A DNA stretch of 15,516 nt from a virus (Duplodnaviria > Heunggongvirae > Uroviricota > Caudoviricetes): IMG/VR virus record IMGVR_UViG_2574180238_000004, one strand, 5' to 3'. Within the stretch, counting starts at the first letter, position 1, and each line of letters opens with the position of its first letter. The notes beneath the pieces were generated by a model. The model was not told the origin of the DNA, did no database searches, and saw nothing but the letters and a program-made list of their open reading frames with translations. Position numbers and translations under genes: made by a program. Positions 1 through 9,906 of this stretch are shown here, piece by piece.

Positions 1-1284
1 TTACAGACTTCTGGAAGGTTGCGCAGCTCTTACAACACGCGGTTGATCTTCCGCAGCGTCTTCCAGCGCACTTAAATCACGGTCTTTCACCTCTGGCATT
101 TTCAGCGCAGAGATTAAACCAATCACTGAATATGCCATGATCATAATGGCGATCGGATACCAGGATTCCGTCATGGTGCAGAAAATACCCGCCAGGATAG
201 GACCAAAACCGGAAGCGATAAGACCACCAATTTCTTTAGAAATAGCCATCCGGGTAAAGCGGTTTTTACAGCCGAACATTTCTGCCATGGTAATGTTTTC
301 CAGAGCAAATAATCCCAGCACCGCACAGTTATGAATCACAATCAGTGCAACCATAATGGTGCTCGGGGCATAGCTTTTATCTACAATGATAGAAAGCATT
401 GGCCATGCCAGCACAATCGCGGAGGTATTCATAATAATATACGGGATCCGGCGACCAATTTTATCGGATAACCAACCAAGGAACGGAATGGTCATAAAGC
501 CGAGAATCGAACTGATCATCAATGCATCTGTTGGAATTGCTTTGTTAAACAATAACGTCTGCACTAAATAGCCTGCAAGGAAAGTCTGAATTAACTCGGA
601 GTTACCCGCCTGACCAAAACGCAGCCCTGTTGCCAGCCAGAAGGATTTGCTCTGGAACATGCTACCAGCAGGTGCAGGTTTTGCTGTCGGTTGGTTACTG
701 TCGTTAACCTTCTCAAAGACCGGGCTTTCTTTCAGATTCATACGCAACCAGATAGCAAAGACCATCACGACAACGCTCGCCAGGAACGGTATACGCCATC
801 CCCACGCCAGCAGTTCCTCTTTACTGAGAATGAAGAACATAAAGGCCCAGATTGCCGTTGCGCTCAAGGTTCCGCAGTTAGTTCCCATAGCCACAAATGA
901 GGAGATAATTCCGCGCTTACCTTTTGGCGCATATTCCGCCAGCATCGTACCGGCACCGGAAATTTCCGCACCTGCACCCAACCCCTGAATAATACGCAAC
1001 GTCACCAGCAAGATGGGTGCAAAAACACCAATCTGTGCATAGGTCGGTAACACACCAATTAAGGTGGTACAGATCCCCATCATGGTGATGGTAATAAAGA
1101 GCACTTTTTTACGCCCTATTCTGTCGCCCATTTTGCCGAAAATAAATGCTCCGACAATACGCGCCACATAACCTGCACCGTAGGTTCCCATTGCCAGAAT
1201 TAACGCCATTGCCGTTGATGATTCAGGAAAAAATATTTCATGAAACACTAACGCTGCGCCGAGCGAATATAACTGGAAATCCAT
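1..1284 (-). CDS. ydfJ: MFS transporter of the metabolite:H+ symporter family (ydfJ-like), 5'-truncated at the prophage junction
   Basis: 427-aa ORF with multiple hydrophobic helices and the MFS loop motif GDRIGRKK. Against family members I recall (ShiA, KgtP) it starts at the conserved (W)YDFxxY box, so about 25-30 N-terminal residues are missing. An in-frame TGA lies two codons upstream of the first Met. K-12 ydfJ is the known Qin insertion target. Confidence 0.8.
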   Translation of the reverse strand: MDFQLYSLGAALVFHEIFFPESSTAMALILAMGTYGAGYVARIVGAFIFGKMGDRIGRKKVLFITITMMGICTTLIGVLPTYAQIGVFAPILLVTLRIIQGLGAGAEISGAGTMLAEYAPKGKRGIISSFVAMGTNCGTLSATAIWAFMFFILSKEELLAWGWRIPFLASVVVMVFAIWLRMNLKESPVFEKVNDSNQPTAKPAPAGSMFQSKSFWLATGLRFGQAGNSELIQTFLAGYLVQTLLFNKAIPTDALMISSILGFMTIPFLGWLSDKIGRRIPYIIMNTSAIVLAWPMLSIIVDKSYAPSTIMVALIVIHNCAVLGLFALENITMAEMFGCKNRFTRMAISKEIGGLIASGFGPILAGIFCTMTESWYPIAIMIMAYSVIGLISALKMPEVKDRDLSALEDAAEDQPRVVRAAQPSRSL

Positions 1285-1886
1285 AATTCACAGGTGTTTT
1301 TTCCCATCCTGTGGTTTCCTTGGCGTTTTCTAGGTTTTTTCAGATAGTTGCATTTTTTAAAAAGCATCCTAAGTTCGATCTCAGTGTCTATCTGGGGCCT
1401 ATTTCTGTCCCATATATGCCCCAAAAAAACTCCCCAACAGATAAGTAGTTTTTTCATGGATTTATGCGTAAAATCAAGAACGGCTGGAAATCATTCAATA
1501 CTCACACTATCGAAAAATTTACCAGCCAACCGCAGCACGTTCTTGCATAAGGCGTGTCTGCGGTTTTTCAACTATTCAGATACATCACTCCCATCACATT
1601 CATTCCTCCGCATCAAAGGCATATAGGCTATATCACCTTGATATTTTTCTTTTTCAGATAAAAACTGTTATCTATGTATACTTTTAAACCCAATCCGTGT
1701 AGAGTCTCTGCATAAGATAGTTTGCAGTTGCCGCTTCAGCTTGCGCCATAACCGCCTGATTTTTGCTGCCACCTGTTAGCATTCCTGTATACCTGAAACG
1801 ACAATGTTTATCTACGAACTTTAAGAACACCCAAGATAAAAATTGTCAACTATATCATATATAACACATTACTAATTCGAGGCTAT

Positions 1887-2000
1887 ATGAACAGCATACT
1901 GATAATCACTTCTCTCCTTATCATATTCAGCATTTTTAGTCATGCCCTAATAAAATTAGGGATTGGCATATCCAATAACCCAGACAAAACCGATGTATAA
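1887..2000 (+). CDS. Candidate small hydrophobic protein (37 aa, one predicted transmembrane helix); not in the ORF track
   Basis: ATG preceded by GAGG 4 nt upstream; translates to [37 protein letters not shown]. Lies in the AT-rich region just upstream of ydfK. Coordinates hand-derived. Confidence 0.35.
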
Positions 2001-2068
2001 GTCAACATATCCTGAATCAGACATACAATATCGCAATGAAAATCAATAATATTTTAAGGAATATCTTC

Positions 2069-2302
2069 ATGAAATCAAAAGACACCCTAAAGTGGTTCCC
2101 TGCGCAGCTTCCTGAAGTAAGAATTATCCTAGGGGATGCTGTAGTGGAAGTAGCAAAACAGGGAAGACCTATCAATACCAGAACATTGCTTGATTACATT
2201 GAAGGAAACATAAAGAAAAAATCATGGCTGGATAACAAAGAATTATTACAAACAGCGATATCAGTTCTTAAAGACAACCAAAATTTAAATGGTAAAATGT
2301 AA
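2069..2302 (+). CDS. ydfK: YdfK/YnaE-family prophage protein (cold-shock-associated family), 77 aa from the SD-supported start
   Basis: Track ORF 2036-2302. The internal ATG at 2069 (MKSKDTLKW...) has AAGGAA 8 nt upstream, whereas the 2036 ATG has no SD. Sequence matches my recollection of the Rac/Qin YnaE/YdfK pair, and the position next to pin fits the Qin order. Confidence 0.7.
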   Translation: MKSKDTLKWFPAQLPEVRIILGDAVVEVAKQGRPINTRTLLDYIEGNIKKKSWLDNKELLQTAISVLKDNQNLNGKM

Positions 2303-2618
2303 TATAATAAACTTACTTTTTTATCATTTTTCCACTTTAACAACATTTTGCTCCACTTTTCCACGACCAAACAACTTAAAATCTGGTTAAAATAACACGA
2401 AACACTATTCTTCTTCCTTGAGTCCGCCCGGAACTCGAAAAACAAACCGAGTTAAAGCCATTTTTCACAAAATCGATTTTGGGTCTCACCAAAATTACGG
2501 GGTTGCATACGCATTCGTTTATTTTCGAACGTGTACATACAAATATGCACAAAAATAATCAAAATTATTTTCTGCGATGCATTATGATATGAACACCAAT
2601 TTCGTATAGAGTCTCACT

Positions 2619-3209
2619 ATGTCTCGAATTTTTGCTTACTGTCGGATATCAACGCTGGATCAGACCACCGAAAATCAACGCCGGGAAATCGAAAGTGCAG
2701 GTTTTAAAATCAAACCTCAGCAAATAATCGAAGAACACATTAGCGGCTCAGCAGCAACCAGTGAGCGTCCTAGTTTTAACCGGTTGCTTGCTCGCCTGAA
2801 ATGTGGTGATCAATTGATTGTGACAAAACTGGATCGCCTTGGTTGTAATGCAATGGATATCAGGAAAACAGTGGAACAACTGACCGAAACAGGTATCAGA
2901 GTGCATTGCTTAGCATTGGGGGGCATTGACTTGACCAGTCCAACAGGAAAAATGATGATGCAAGTAATTTCAGCAGTTGCTGAATTTGAACGAGACCTTT
3001 TACTTGAACGCACTCATTCCGGGATAGTAAGAGCCCGCGGCGCAGGGAAACGTTTTGGTCGACCACCTGTGTTAAATGAAGAACAGAAACAGGTGGTATT
3101 CGAACGAATTAAGTCAGGTGTAAGTATAAGTGCCATTGCCCGGGAATTCAAAACCTCGCGGCAAACCATTTTAAGAGCCAAAGCAAAACTTCAGACACCT
3201 GACATATAA
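2619..3209 (+). CDS. pinQ: Serine-recombinase DNA invertase, Pin/Gin/Hin/Cin family
   Basis: 196 aa; N-terminal catalytic region with the nucleophile-serine context (YCRISTLDQ), resolvase-type core and C-terminal helix-turn-helix ([18 protein letters not shown]). Typical invertase length and placement next to tail-fibre genes. Confidence 0.9.
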   Translation: MSRIFAYCRISTLDQTTENQRREIESAGFKIKPQQIIEEHISGSAATSERPSFNRLLARLKCGDQLIVTKLDRLGCNAMDIRKTVEQLTETGIRVHCLALGGIDLTSPTGKMMMQVISAVAEFERDLLLERTHSGIVRARGAGKRFGRPPVLNEEQKQVVFERIKSGVSISAIAREFKTSRQTILRAKAKLQTPDI

Positions 3210-3306
3210 AAAATAATCTCGGTGTGAGATGCTTTACGTCTTCCAAGCCCCCTTCCTTGCCGTAAATGGAAAGATACATCTAATTAAAGAATTTATATGT
3301 TTTACC

Positions 3307-3882
3307 CTACGGCAGTGCTGGCCATTCAATATCCTGTGCAGTTGACGTATCAACACGGTTCAGCAATACCCGATACTTTTTCCATGCTTCCAGCAACGAG
3401 ATTTCTTCCTCCGTTGCAATTTCCAGATCTGCAGCATCCTGAAGCGGCGCAATATGCTCACTGGCTACCTGCATCAGGTTGTTTTTTGTTTCTTCCGCCT
3501 CCCGGATCCGGAACAGTTTTTCTGCTTCCGTATCCTTCACCCAGGCTGTGCCGTTCCACTTCTGAAACTCCCCTTCCGGCGATAACCAGGTAACATTTTT
3601 CGGTAACGGACCGAGTTCAGAAATAAATAACGCGTCGCCGGAAGCCACGTCATAAACCGTTTTACCCCGATGATCTTCAACGAGATGCCACGATGACTCA
3701 TCACTGTTGAAAACAGCCACGAAGCCAGCCGGAATATCTGGCGGTGCAATATCGGTACTGTTTGCTGGCAGACCTGTATGAGGCGGAATATATGCATCAC
3801 CTTCACCAATAAATTCATTAGTTCCGGCCAGCAGATTATAAATTGTTATGGTCCGTGGTTGTTCACTCATTCTGAATGCCAT
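3307..3882 (-). CDS. tfaQ: Tail fibre assembly protein (lambda Tfa-like chaperone)
   Basis: 191 aa, near-identical over its length to lambda Tfa as I recall it ([12 protein letters not shown]...). Its ATG overlaps the stf stop (TAATG), indicating translational coupling. Confidence 0.9.
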   Translation of the reverse strand: MAFRMSEQPRTITIYNLLAGTNEFIGEGDAYIPPHTGLPANSTDIAPPDIPAGFVAVFNSDESSWHLVEDHRGKTVYDVASGDALFISELGPLPKNVTWLSPEGEFQKWNGTAWVKDTEAEKLFRIREAEETKNNLMQVASEHIAPLQDAADLEIATEEEISLLEAWKKYRVLLNRVDTSTAQDIEWPALP

Positions 3883-6800
3883 TATGCAAGCCTCACAATA
3901 TAGTTAAATGCGATGTTTTTGACGGTGTTTTCCGCGTTACCAGCAGCGTTAACGGTGATGGTGTGTCCATGTGAGCCAATCGCAACGGAGTGCGTATGAG
4001 CACCAATACCGACAGTATGTGCGTGTGCACCTGCGCTTGCAGCAGTACCCGATACAGAGTGCGTATGAGCGCCTGCAGAAGAAGTGTTAACACTGTATTT
4101 AGAATAATCAGGTGATCCACTTCCCGGAGCACCACTGGAACCACCTGAAACAAATGTCATCGAATGGGTATGTGCACCGGCTGAAGCAGCCGTACCGCTA
4201 ACACTATGGGTATGTGCACCAGTGTTATTCGTGGATTTAGTGCCGTAATCAAACGATGATGTGGTTTTCGTCCCCAAATCCGTACTGGATGCGCTGGCGC
4301 TGTGGGTGTGCGATTTAATGCCGTCCTGTTCCTGAGACAATACGGCACGACCACTGGCGGGCTTGCCCTTAATCGTCCAGCCACGCATATCAGGAATAAC
4401 GCCTGACGGATAAGCCACTGCAAGTTTCGGGTATGCAGATTTGTCAAAAGTCTGCCCCTGCATCAGGGCATAGCCAGACGGAACGGTATCTGATGGCCAC
4501 GGGATTGGTGCGCCGACTGGGTAGCTTTCTGGTGGAAGATTTTTCGAGGTATAAACTTCTGCCCAGTCATCCTCAAAACCATAACCGTCTCTTGAAGAAC
4601 GGTAGAACAGACCACCATTTCTGTAATGCGCCTTCATCTGCAAGGTCCGGCAACTTCCGACTCCGGTATAGAAGTTAACCAGAATATAGCTGTCGCCAGA
4701 GCGGGTGACATTGTAAGCACCTGATTCGGCATTCCAGGGAACGCCACCATCCGCATCGGCATATGTATCCGTTGCCCTTCTGGCAAAAGCAGCCACATGC
4801 GCGGCGGTTAAAGTAATATCTCTGGAACCATCAAACTCAACACCAGAAACCAGTCTTGGCGTTTGCAGCTTTGTTGCTGTTAATGCATTACCGTTCAGAC
4901 TTGCGGACAGTTTGGTTCCAATAACCAGTTCGCCGGTTGCGTTATAAATAGCAAACGGTCTTAATGTATTCCAGCCACCATAAACATCACCTTGATTGGT
5001 AAGCAGCAGGTAAGTTTTAGCGCCATCATTACGCCATAATGCACCATACTCCCCACCTATCATTCGAATCTGATTACCACCACGCGCTACAATTTCGTCT
5101 GTGGCAAAAAGTTTTTTGCACGACAAATTATCGTTAACGATTAACGAATGAGACTCATAAAAACCACGCCCACTCTTAAAATCAAGGATAACGTCCGCCG
5201 CGATACATTCAGTCGCTGGATTTGTTGCCCCAAACTTATAGGTCGTATCATTAACAACGAGATCAGCACCAGGTGCGGATATTGACAGGCCATCTTCGAT
5301 AAACGCAAAAACAGGGAAAGCAGCGCCATCAACATAGAACACAGAGCGCAAATCATCGCCCTTATTACTCATCATTATTGAGTGGATGGCTCGTTCATTG
5401 TTTTGATATTGCCAGAACATTCCATAAGCATAACGCCCCCTGTCAGTCCAGCCACCAGGCATAACAAATCCGTTAAACTCGCAGTTATTCATCGGATCGC
5501 CTGCGGTTCGCGTTGCCGTGGTGATAATGACCCTTGATGCCAGTTCGCTTACTGAGCCAGCAGAACGCATAACAACAACAGGGTAATATTTTCCAGATGT
5601 TGCACCTGCAGGAGCGTTAACCCGCACATAACGCATACCACGCTTATCAGCAAAGTCTGTTTTACTGACCGCGTTAATGTTGTTCAGGAAGCGTCCCTTA
5701 TCGGGTATATCAGTGCCGTTCTGGTCTTTCTGCAGACGTTTCTCTGCATTGTCATAGGCTGATTTTACTGCCTTTGGCGTTGCCGCCAGCGTTTCAGACG
5801 TACTGTTGGTCGCACTGCTGAGCTGTACTATCCCCTTTTTCGTCGTGCTCGCATCCTCAAGCGCCACGGCGGATGCAATATCCTCTGCCCGTTTTGCTGC
5901 TGTCTCGGCGCGCGTTGCCGCGGATTCCGCCGTACTTTTGCTCTGAGCTGCCGCCGTCGCACTGCCAGCTGCCTCTGTCGCCTTCGTGGATGCCGTCGTG
6001 GCGCTGCCCTTCGCTGCTGACGCCTGTCTGGTCGCCTCATCTTTTGAAGCAGACGCCGATGATGCCGATGACGCCGCCGAACTGGCTGACGATGCGGCAG
6101 CCGTTTTTGAGGATTCTGCGCTGGTTTCCGACGCTTTCGCGTTCGTTTCGGATGTCTTCGCTGCGGAAGCTGACCTCGCTGCTACCGTGGCCTGTTCAGT
6201 GGCTTCGCCAGCCTTCGTTGTGGCTGTTGAAGCGGATGATGCGGCGCTTTCTGCCGACTTTCCGGCAGCGGTGGCACTGGCTGAGGCCTGCCCGGCATTT
6301 GTTGACGCGGCGCTGGCAGATGAGGCAGCCGCTGTTTTTGAGTCTGCTGCTGCGGAGGCACTCTGTCCCGCTGCCGTCTCAGAAGACTTTGCGTTCGTCT
6401 CGGACGTTTTTGCCGCCTTCGCGGAAGTTCCTGCCGCTGTTGCCGAGGAGGCTGCACGACTGGCGCTCGAGGCTGCGCTCGTTTCTGATGATTTTGCCGC
6501 CTCTTTTGAAGCCGACGCATCCCTGGCTGAGGTGGCAGCTTCTGACGCTTTCGTGGTCGCGGTGGATGCAGAAGTGGCGGCTGATTGTTCTGACGCTGCC
6601 GCATTCGTTTCTGACGTTTTCGCCGCACCGGCACTGGTAGCCGCCGCGCTTTTTGAGGACTCTGCAGCGGCAGCACTTTTTGAGGCTTCAGTGGCCTTTG
6701 TTGATGCCGTTCCTGCGCTGGAAGACGCTGACTGAGCCGACGACGCGGCCTGTCCGGCTGACGTGCTGGCTGCACGTGCTGAATCTGCAGCATCAGTCGC

Positions 6801-7232
6801 ACGGGTTGCCGCCTCACTGGCAGATGTGCTGGCATCACTGGCTGACTTCTTTGCGGCTGCCGTGTTCTGTGCCACCACGGACGCGTTACGCGCCACCTCT
6901 TCCACCATCAGTTCAAAACGACGCAGTGCCTCCGGACGGGCATCATCCTCCGTCATGGCACCGAGAAAATCATTCAGCGTACCGGGTTGAGAATCTTCAT
7001 ACACGGTGATGGTCCCGGCATGTGACGGCGGGAATCCCTCCACCAACAGAATAACGCTGTACTGACCGTACTCAACGTCCATGCTGTAACGCCCGGCTTC
7101 ATCCGGATTTTCTGAGGCCAGCGTGTTCACCACCACAGTGGTACTGTTACGTTTTGCTTTCAGCTGGATTGTGCAGTTCTGTACCGGTTTTCCTGTGCCG
7201 TCTTTCAGTACACCTGAAATCTTTACTGCCAT
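3882..7232 (-). CDS. stfQ: Side tail fibre protein (lambda Stf / T4 gp37-like), 1116 aa from the ATG
   Basis: N-terminus [20 protein letters not shown] matches lambda Stf. Long Ala/Ser/Thr-rich repetitive shaft, and a C-terminal tip with repeated GAHTHS / HxH motifs of the gp37 type. The track begins 2 codons upstream at a GTG (7238); the ATG at 7230-7232 is the likelier start. Confidence 0.9.
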   Translation of the reverse strand: MAVKISGVLKDGTGKPVQNCTIQLKAKRNSTTVVVNTLASENPDEAGRYSMDVEYGQYSVILLVEGFPPSHAGTITVYEDSQPGTLNDFLGAMTEDDARPEALRRFELMVEEVARNASVVAQNTAAAKKSASDASTSASEAATRATDAADSARAASTSAGQAASSAQSASSSAGTASTKATEASKSAAAAESSKSAAATSAGAAKTSETNAAASEQSAATSASTATTKASEAATSARDASASKEAAKSSETSAASSASRAASSATAAGTSAKAAKTSETNAKSSETAAGQSASAAADSKTAAASSASAASTNAGQASASATAAGKSAESAASSASTATTKAGEATEQATVAARSASAAKTSETNAKASETSAESSKTAAASSASSAASSASSASASKDEATRQASAAKGSATTASTKATEAAGSATAAAQSKSTAESAATRAETAAKRAEDIASAVALEDASTTKKGIVQLSSATNSTSETLAATPKAVKSAYDNAEKRLQKDQNGTDIPDKGRFLNNINAVSKTDFADKRGMRYVRVNAPAGATSGKYYPVVVMRSAGSVSELASRVIITTATRTAGDPMNNCEFNGFVMPGGWTDRGRYAYGMFWQYQNNERAIHSIMMSNKGDDLRSVFYVDGAAFPVFAFIEDGLSISAPGADLVVNDTTYKFGATNPATECIAADVILDFKSGRGFYESHSLIVNDNLSCKKLFATDEIVARGGNQIRMIGGEYGALWRNDGAKTYLLLTNQGDVYGGWNTLRPFAIYNATGELVIGTKLSASLNGNALTATKLQTPRLVSGVEFDGSRDITLTAAHVAAFARRATDTYADADGGVPWNAESGAYNVTRSGDSYILVNFYTGVGSCRTLQMKAHYRNGGLFYRSSRDGYGFEDDWAEVYTSKNLPPESYPVGAPIPWPSDTVPSGYALMQGQTFDKSAYPKLAVAYPSGVIPDMRGWTIKGKPASGRAVLSQEQDGIKSHTHSASASSTDLGTKTTSSFDYGTKSTNNTGAHTHSVSGTAASAGAHTHSMTFVSGGSSGAPGSGSPDYSKYSVNTSSAGAHTHSVSGTAASAGAHAHTVGIGAHTHSVAIGSHGHTITVNAAGNAENTVKNIAFNYIVRLA

Positions 7233-7234
7233 AT

Positions 7235-7381
7235 TCACCCCACAAAAAAGCCCGCCTGAACCGGCGGGCTGTCATAACACTGTGTTACCTGGCTAATGGC
7301 CATTGCGGCGGCACCGGGCACCGCCGTTTTGCTGATACGGCTGAGGTTTTCAACGGCCTGCTCAAGACCTTTTATGGCCAT
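7235..7381 (-). pseudogene. Remnant of tail gene Z: the first ~29 codons of lambda Z fused to unrelated sequence
   Basis: Minus-strand ATG 12 nt after the FII stop encodes MAIKGLEQAVENLSRISKTAVPGAAAMAI, matching the lambda Z N-terminus. Similarity ends near 7293; the frame runs 18 more codons to a TGA overlapping the stf start region. Confidence 0.6.
7241..7270 (-). terminator. Intrinsic terminator immediately upstream of stf (minus-strand transcripts)
   Basis: 8-bp GC-rich stem AGCCCGCC / GGCGGGCT with a 6-nt loop, followed on the minus strand by a U-run (TTTTTTGTG). Confidence 0.55.
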
Positions 7382-7392
7382 ACATCCCCCTT

Positions 7393-7746
7393 TCAGCGGC
7401 GACGGTTAACGGCAGGCGGTACGCCCCGTCCAAGCCAGAGATGACAACTTCCGCCATCATCCGGCGAAACCCGATCTACCCAGAAATTTTCCTCACCGAT
7501 GGTCAGCGTGTCTCCACGCCGCAGCTGCCGCACCTCATCAGTCCGGACAAACAGGGACGGGCTGGAGCCTTCAACGCGCACGCCCTGTCCGGCATAGCTG
7601 ATATTTTCAGGGTCATCAAAAACACCACGTATCACAGCACCGGACTGCTCACCGGATGTCATGGTGGCTGACGTTCCCATGTACCCGCGTATCGTTTCAT
7701 CGGCGCGGGCAATGGCAGCATCGAACAGGTTATCGAAATCAGCCAC
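7393..7746 (-). CDS. Head-tail joining protein FII (lambda gpFII)
   Basis: 117 aa, near-identical to lambda FII (MADFDNLFDAAIARADETIRGYMGTSAT...). Start codon reads as GTG in my transcription. Confidence 0.85.
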   Translation of the reverse strand: MADFDNLFDAAIARADETIRGYMGTSATMTSGEQSGAVIRGVFDDPENISYAGQGVRVEGSSPSLFVRTDEVRQLRRGDTLTIGEENFWVDRVSPDDGGSCHLWLGRGVPPAVNRRR

Positions 7747-7757
7747 AGCGCCTCCCG

Positions 7758-8156
7758 TTATTGCATTCTGGCCAGGCCGCGCGCTGTCATTTCAGCTGAC
7801 ACACCGGCAGAGACACGAAACGCCGTTCCCGGCAGCACAAATGCCACAGGTTCATCCCGCGTGGCGTGAAGTGCATCAGTATGCAGCGTCACCAGTGCCA
7901 CGACCGTGACCAGTTCAGACGTATCCAGAATCACGGTATCCGGCTGCGCTGATCCCACCTCATTTTCATGTCCGGTCAGCACATTTTCCCGGCTGAGAGG
8001 GGTGTCCTGACCGGCAGTTTCATCCGTGTCATCAAGCTCCTCTTCCAGCTCTGCCACACGGAGCGCCAGTTCTTCTTTCGTCCCCGTCAGGCTGACATCA
8101 CGGTTCAGTTGTTCACCCAGCGAGCGGAGACGGGCAATCAGTTCATCTTTCGTCAT
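7758..8156 (-). CDS. DNA-packaging/head assembly protein FI (lambda gpFI)
   Basis: 132 aa from MTKDELIARLRSLGEQLNRDV, matching lambda FI. The track's 145-aa version starts 13 codons upstream and is probably an over-extension. Confidence 0.85.
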   Translation of the reverse strand: MTKDELIARLRSLGEQLNRDVSLTGTKEELALRVAELEEELDDTDETAGQDTPLSRENVLTGHENEVGSAQPDTVILDTSELVTVVALVTLHTDALHATRDEPVAFVLPGTAFRVSAGVSAEMTARGLARMQ

Positions 8157-8197
8157 GGACTCCTCCACAGAGAGAAAATGGCCCCGAAGGGCCATGA

Positions 8198-8673
8198 TTA
8201 CGCCAGTTGAACGGCCACGAACTCATCAGGATCAGCCAGCAGCATCAGCGGTGCTGACTGAATCATGGTGAACTCTCGCGCCGGATCGCCGGATGTCTTC
8301 CAGTTTTTCGGATAACGGGGAGACGCATTAATACCCTCACTCAATGCATCCGCATCCTGAATACAGCCATAGGTGCGCAGACCGCGTGCATGAGTGTTAC
8401 CCAGCACCATCGTGTTGTCCGGCAGGAAGTTCTTTTTGACGCCGTTTTCCACGTACTGTCCGGAATACACGACGATGGCCACATCGCCATACATCCCCTT
8501 ATAGGACACCGCTTTACCCAGGTCTTTCACCGCTGTCTCCAGCTCGGAATGAGAGCCACGACGGGTATCCAGCTTCTCCCTGACGGCTTTGAAGGAACGG
8601 AACAGCGCCCAGCCTTTCGGATCGAACACGATGATATTCACCACACCGCTGGCGTTCAGCGCGTAGGCTTCGA
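8198..8673 (-). pseudogene. 3' fragment of major capsid gene E (about the last 155 codons), no start codon of its own
   Basis: Translation ...IEAYALNASGVVNIIVFDPKGWALFRSFKAV...VQLA matches the C-terminal part of lambda gpE. Homology begins at the A/E deletion joint near 8673/8674; the track ORF begins at an internal GTG (8644). Confidence 0.8.
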
Positions 8674-9906
8674 TACGCGCATTTCGTAGCGGTCCAGCTG
8701 GGAGTCGATACCGGCGGTCAGGTAAGCCACACGGTCAGGAACGGGCGCTGAATAATGCTCTTTCCGCTCTGCCATCACTTCAGCATCCGGACGTTCACCG
8801 ATTTTCGCTTCCCACGTCTCACCGAGCGTGGTGTTCACGAAGGTTTTACGTTTTCCCGTATCCCCTTTCGTCTTCATCCAGTCTTTGACAATCTGCACCC
8901 AGGTGGTGAACGGACTGTACGCCGTCCAGATGTGAAAGGTCACACTGTCAGGCGGTTCAATCTCTTCACCGGATGACGAAAACCAGAGAATGCCATCACG
9001 GGTCCAGATCCCGGTCTTTTCGCAGATATAACGGGCATCAGTAAAGTCCAGCTCCTGCTGACGGATGACGCAGGCGTTATGCTCACAGAGATAAAACACG
9101 CTGGAGGGGTCATCCGGCATCCATTTGAGGCCAAACGGCGTCTCTTTGTCGCCAAATTTAAGGTACTGCTCCTTCCCGCAGTGCGGGCAGGCAACATGAA
9201 AACGCATAAAATGCGGGGATTCACTGGCTGCACGCTCAATCTGGCAGGTGCCTCTCACTTTGGGCGTGGAGCCACGGATGGACTTTGGCCAGACCGAGCC
9301 TTCAATACGTTTGTCGCCAAGGAACGTCGGAGAGCCTTCCTGTTCAATATCCTCATCAAAGGCAGCAAGTTCATCATACCCCGCCACATCCACCGACTTT
9401 TCACGGTAGTTTTTTGCCGCTTTACCGCCCAGGCACCAGAAGCCACGACCATTGGTGAAACGCTTCATAGTGAGCGTGTTATCCCGGTGCTTTTTGCCAT
9501 ACCACGGAGCCAGCGCCAGCAGCGACGGAATATCGCGGATGGTCGGCTCAACGTGGGTTTTCATAAAGTTCTCGGCATCACCATCCGTCGGCAACCAGAT
9601 AAGTGTGTTGCGCTGCTTATGCTCTATAAAGTAGGCATAAACACCCAGCAGCATTTTGGAATAACCGACACGGGCAGACTTCACCACATTCACCTCACGG
9701 ATGTAGTCGCTGCCCATCGCATTCATGATGGCCCGCTGAAAGGGCAGTGTTTCCCAGCGCCCTTCCTGGTATGCGGATTCTTTCGGGAGATAGTAATTAG
9801 CATCCGCCCATTCAACGGCGGTCTGTGGCTCCGGCCTGAACAGTGAGCGAAGCCCGGCGCGGACAAAATGCCGCAGCCTGTTAACCTGACTGTTCGATAT
9901 ATTCAC
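8656..9906 (-). pseudogene. Terminase large subunit (lambda gpA), truncated after ~410 of 641 codons
   Basis: MNISNSQVNRLRHFVRAGLRSLF... tracks lambda gpA up to ...GIDSQLDRYEMRV, then 5 foreign codons and a stop. The C-terminal third is absent. The start overlaps the Nu1 3' end by 26 nt, as in lambda. Confidence 0.85.

Noticed and set aside
137-988. Plus-strand ORFs 137-334, 386-571, 647-988 and 691-900 inside ydfJ
   Set aside because: Antisense to a well-supported membrane-transporter frame; short, with no ribosome-binding sites.
1248-1626. ORFs 1348-1626 (+) and 1248-1457 (-) in the AT-rich junction region
   Set aside because: Low-complexity translations, no SD. The region is better explained as the prophage end and the ydfK upstream/leader region.
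3210-3306. Possible residual invertase crossover site or terminator in the 97-bp tfa-pin gap (short palindrome ATCTC-GGTGT-GAGAT at about 3216-3230; TTCCTTG motif near 3250)
   Set aside because: The palindrome is only 5 bp per arm and AT-rich. Nothing matches the 12-bp half-site / 2-bp core layout of gix/hix/cix sites well enough to call without a computed consensus search.
5828-6990. Several long ORFs on both strands inside the stf repeat region (5873-6640 +, 5986-6735 +, 6182-6838 -, 5828-6040 -, 6653-7009 +, 6763-6990 +)
   Set aside because: They lie wholly within the Stf coding region, where GC-rich period-3 repeats suppress stop codons in other frames. Their translations are low-complexity (poly-Ala/Asp or Arg/Pro/Gln-rich) and have no SD-supported starts.
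7154-7671. Plus-strand ORFs 7154-7444 and 7441-7671
   Set aside because: Antisense to the stf start, the Z stub and FII; not supported by any homology.
8157-8195. 13-codon N-terminal extension of FI (track start at 8195)
   Set aside because: Lambda FI begins at the internal MTKDELI Met. I also noted a 1-bp discrepancy between my reading of line 8161-8220 and the ORF-track frames, so I did not build any claim on this stretch.
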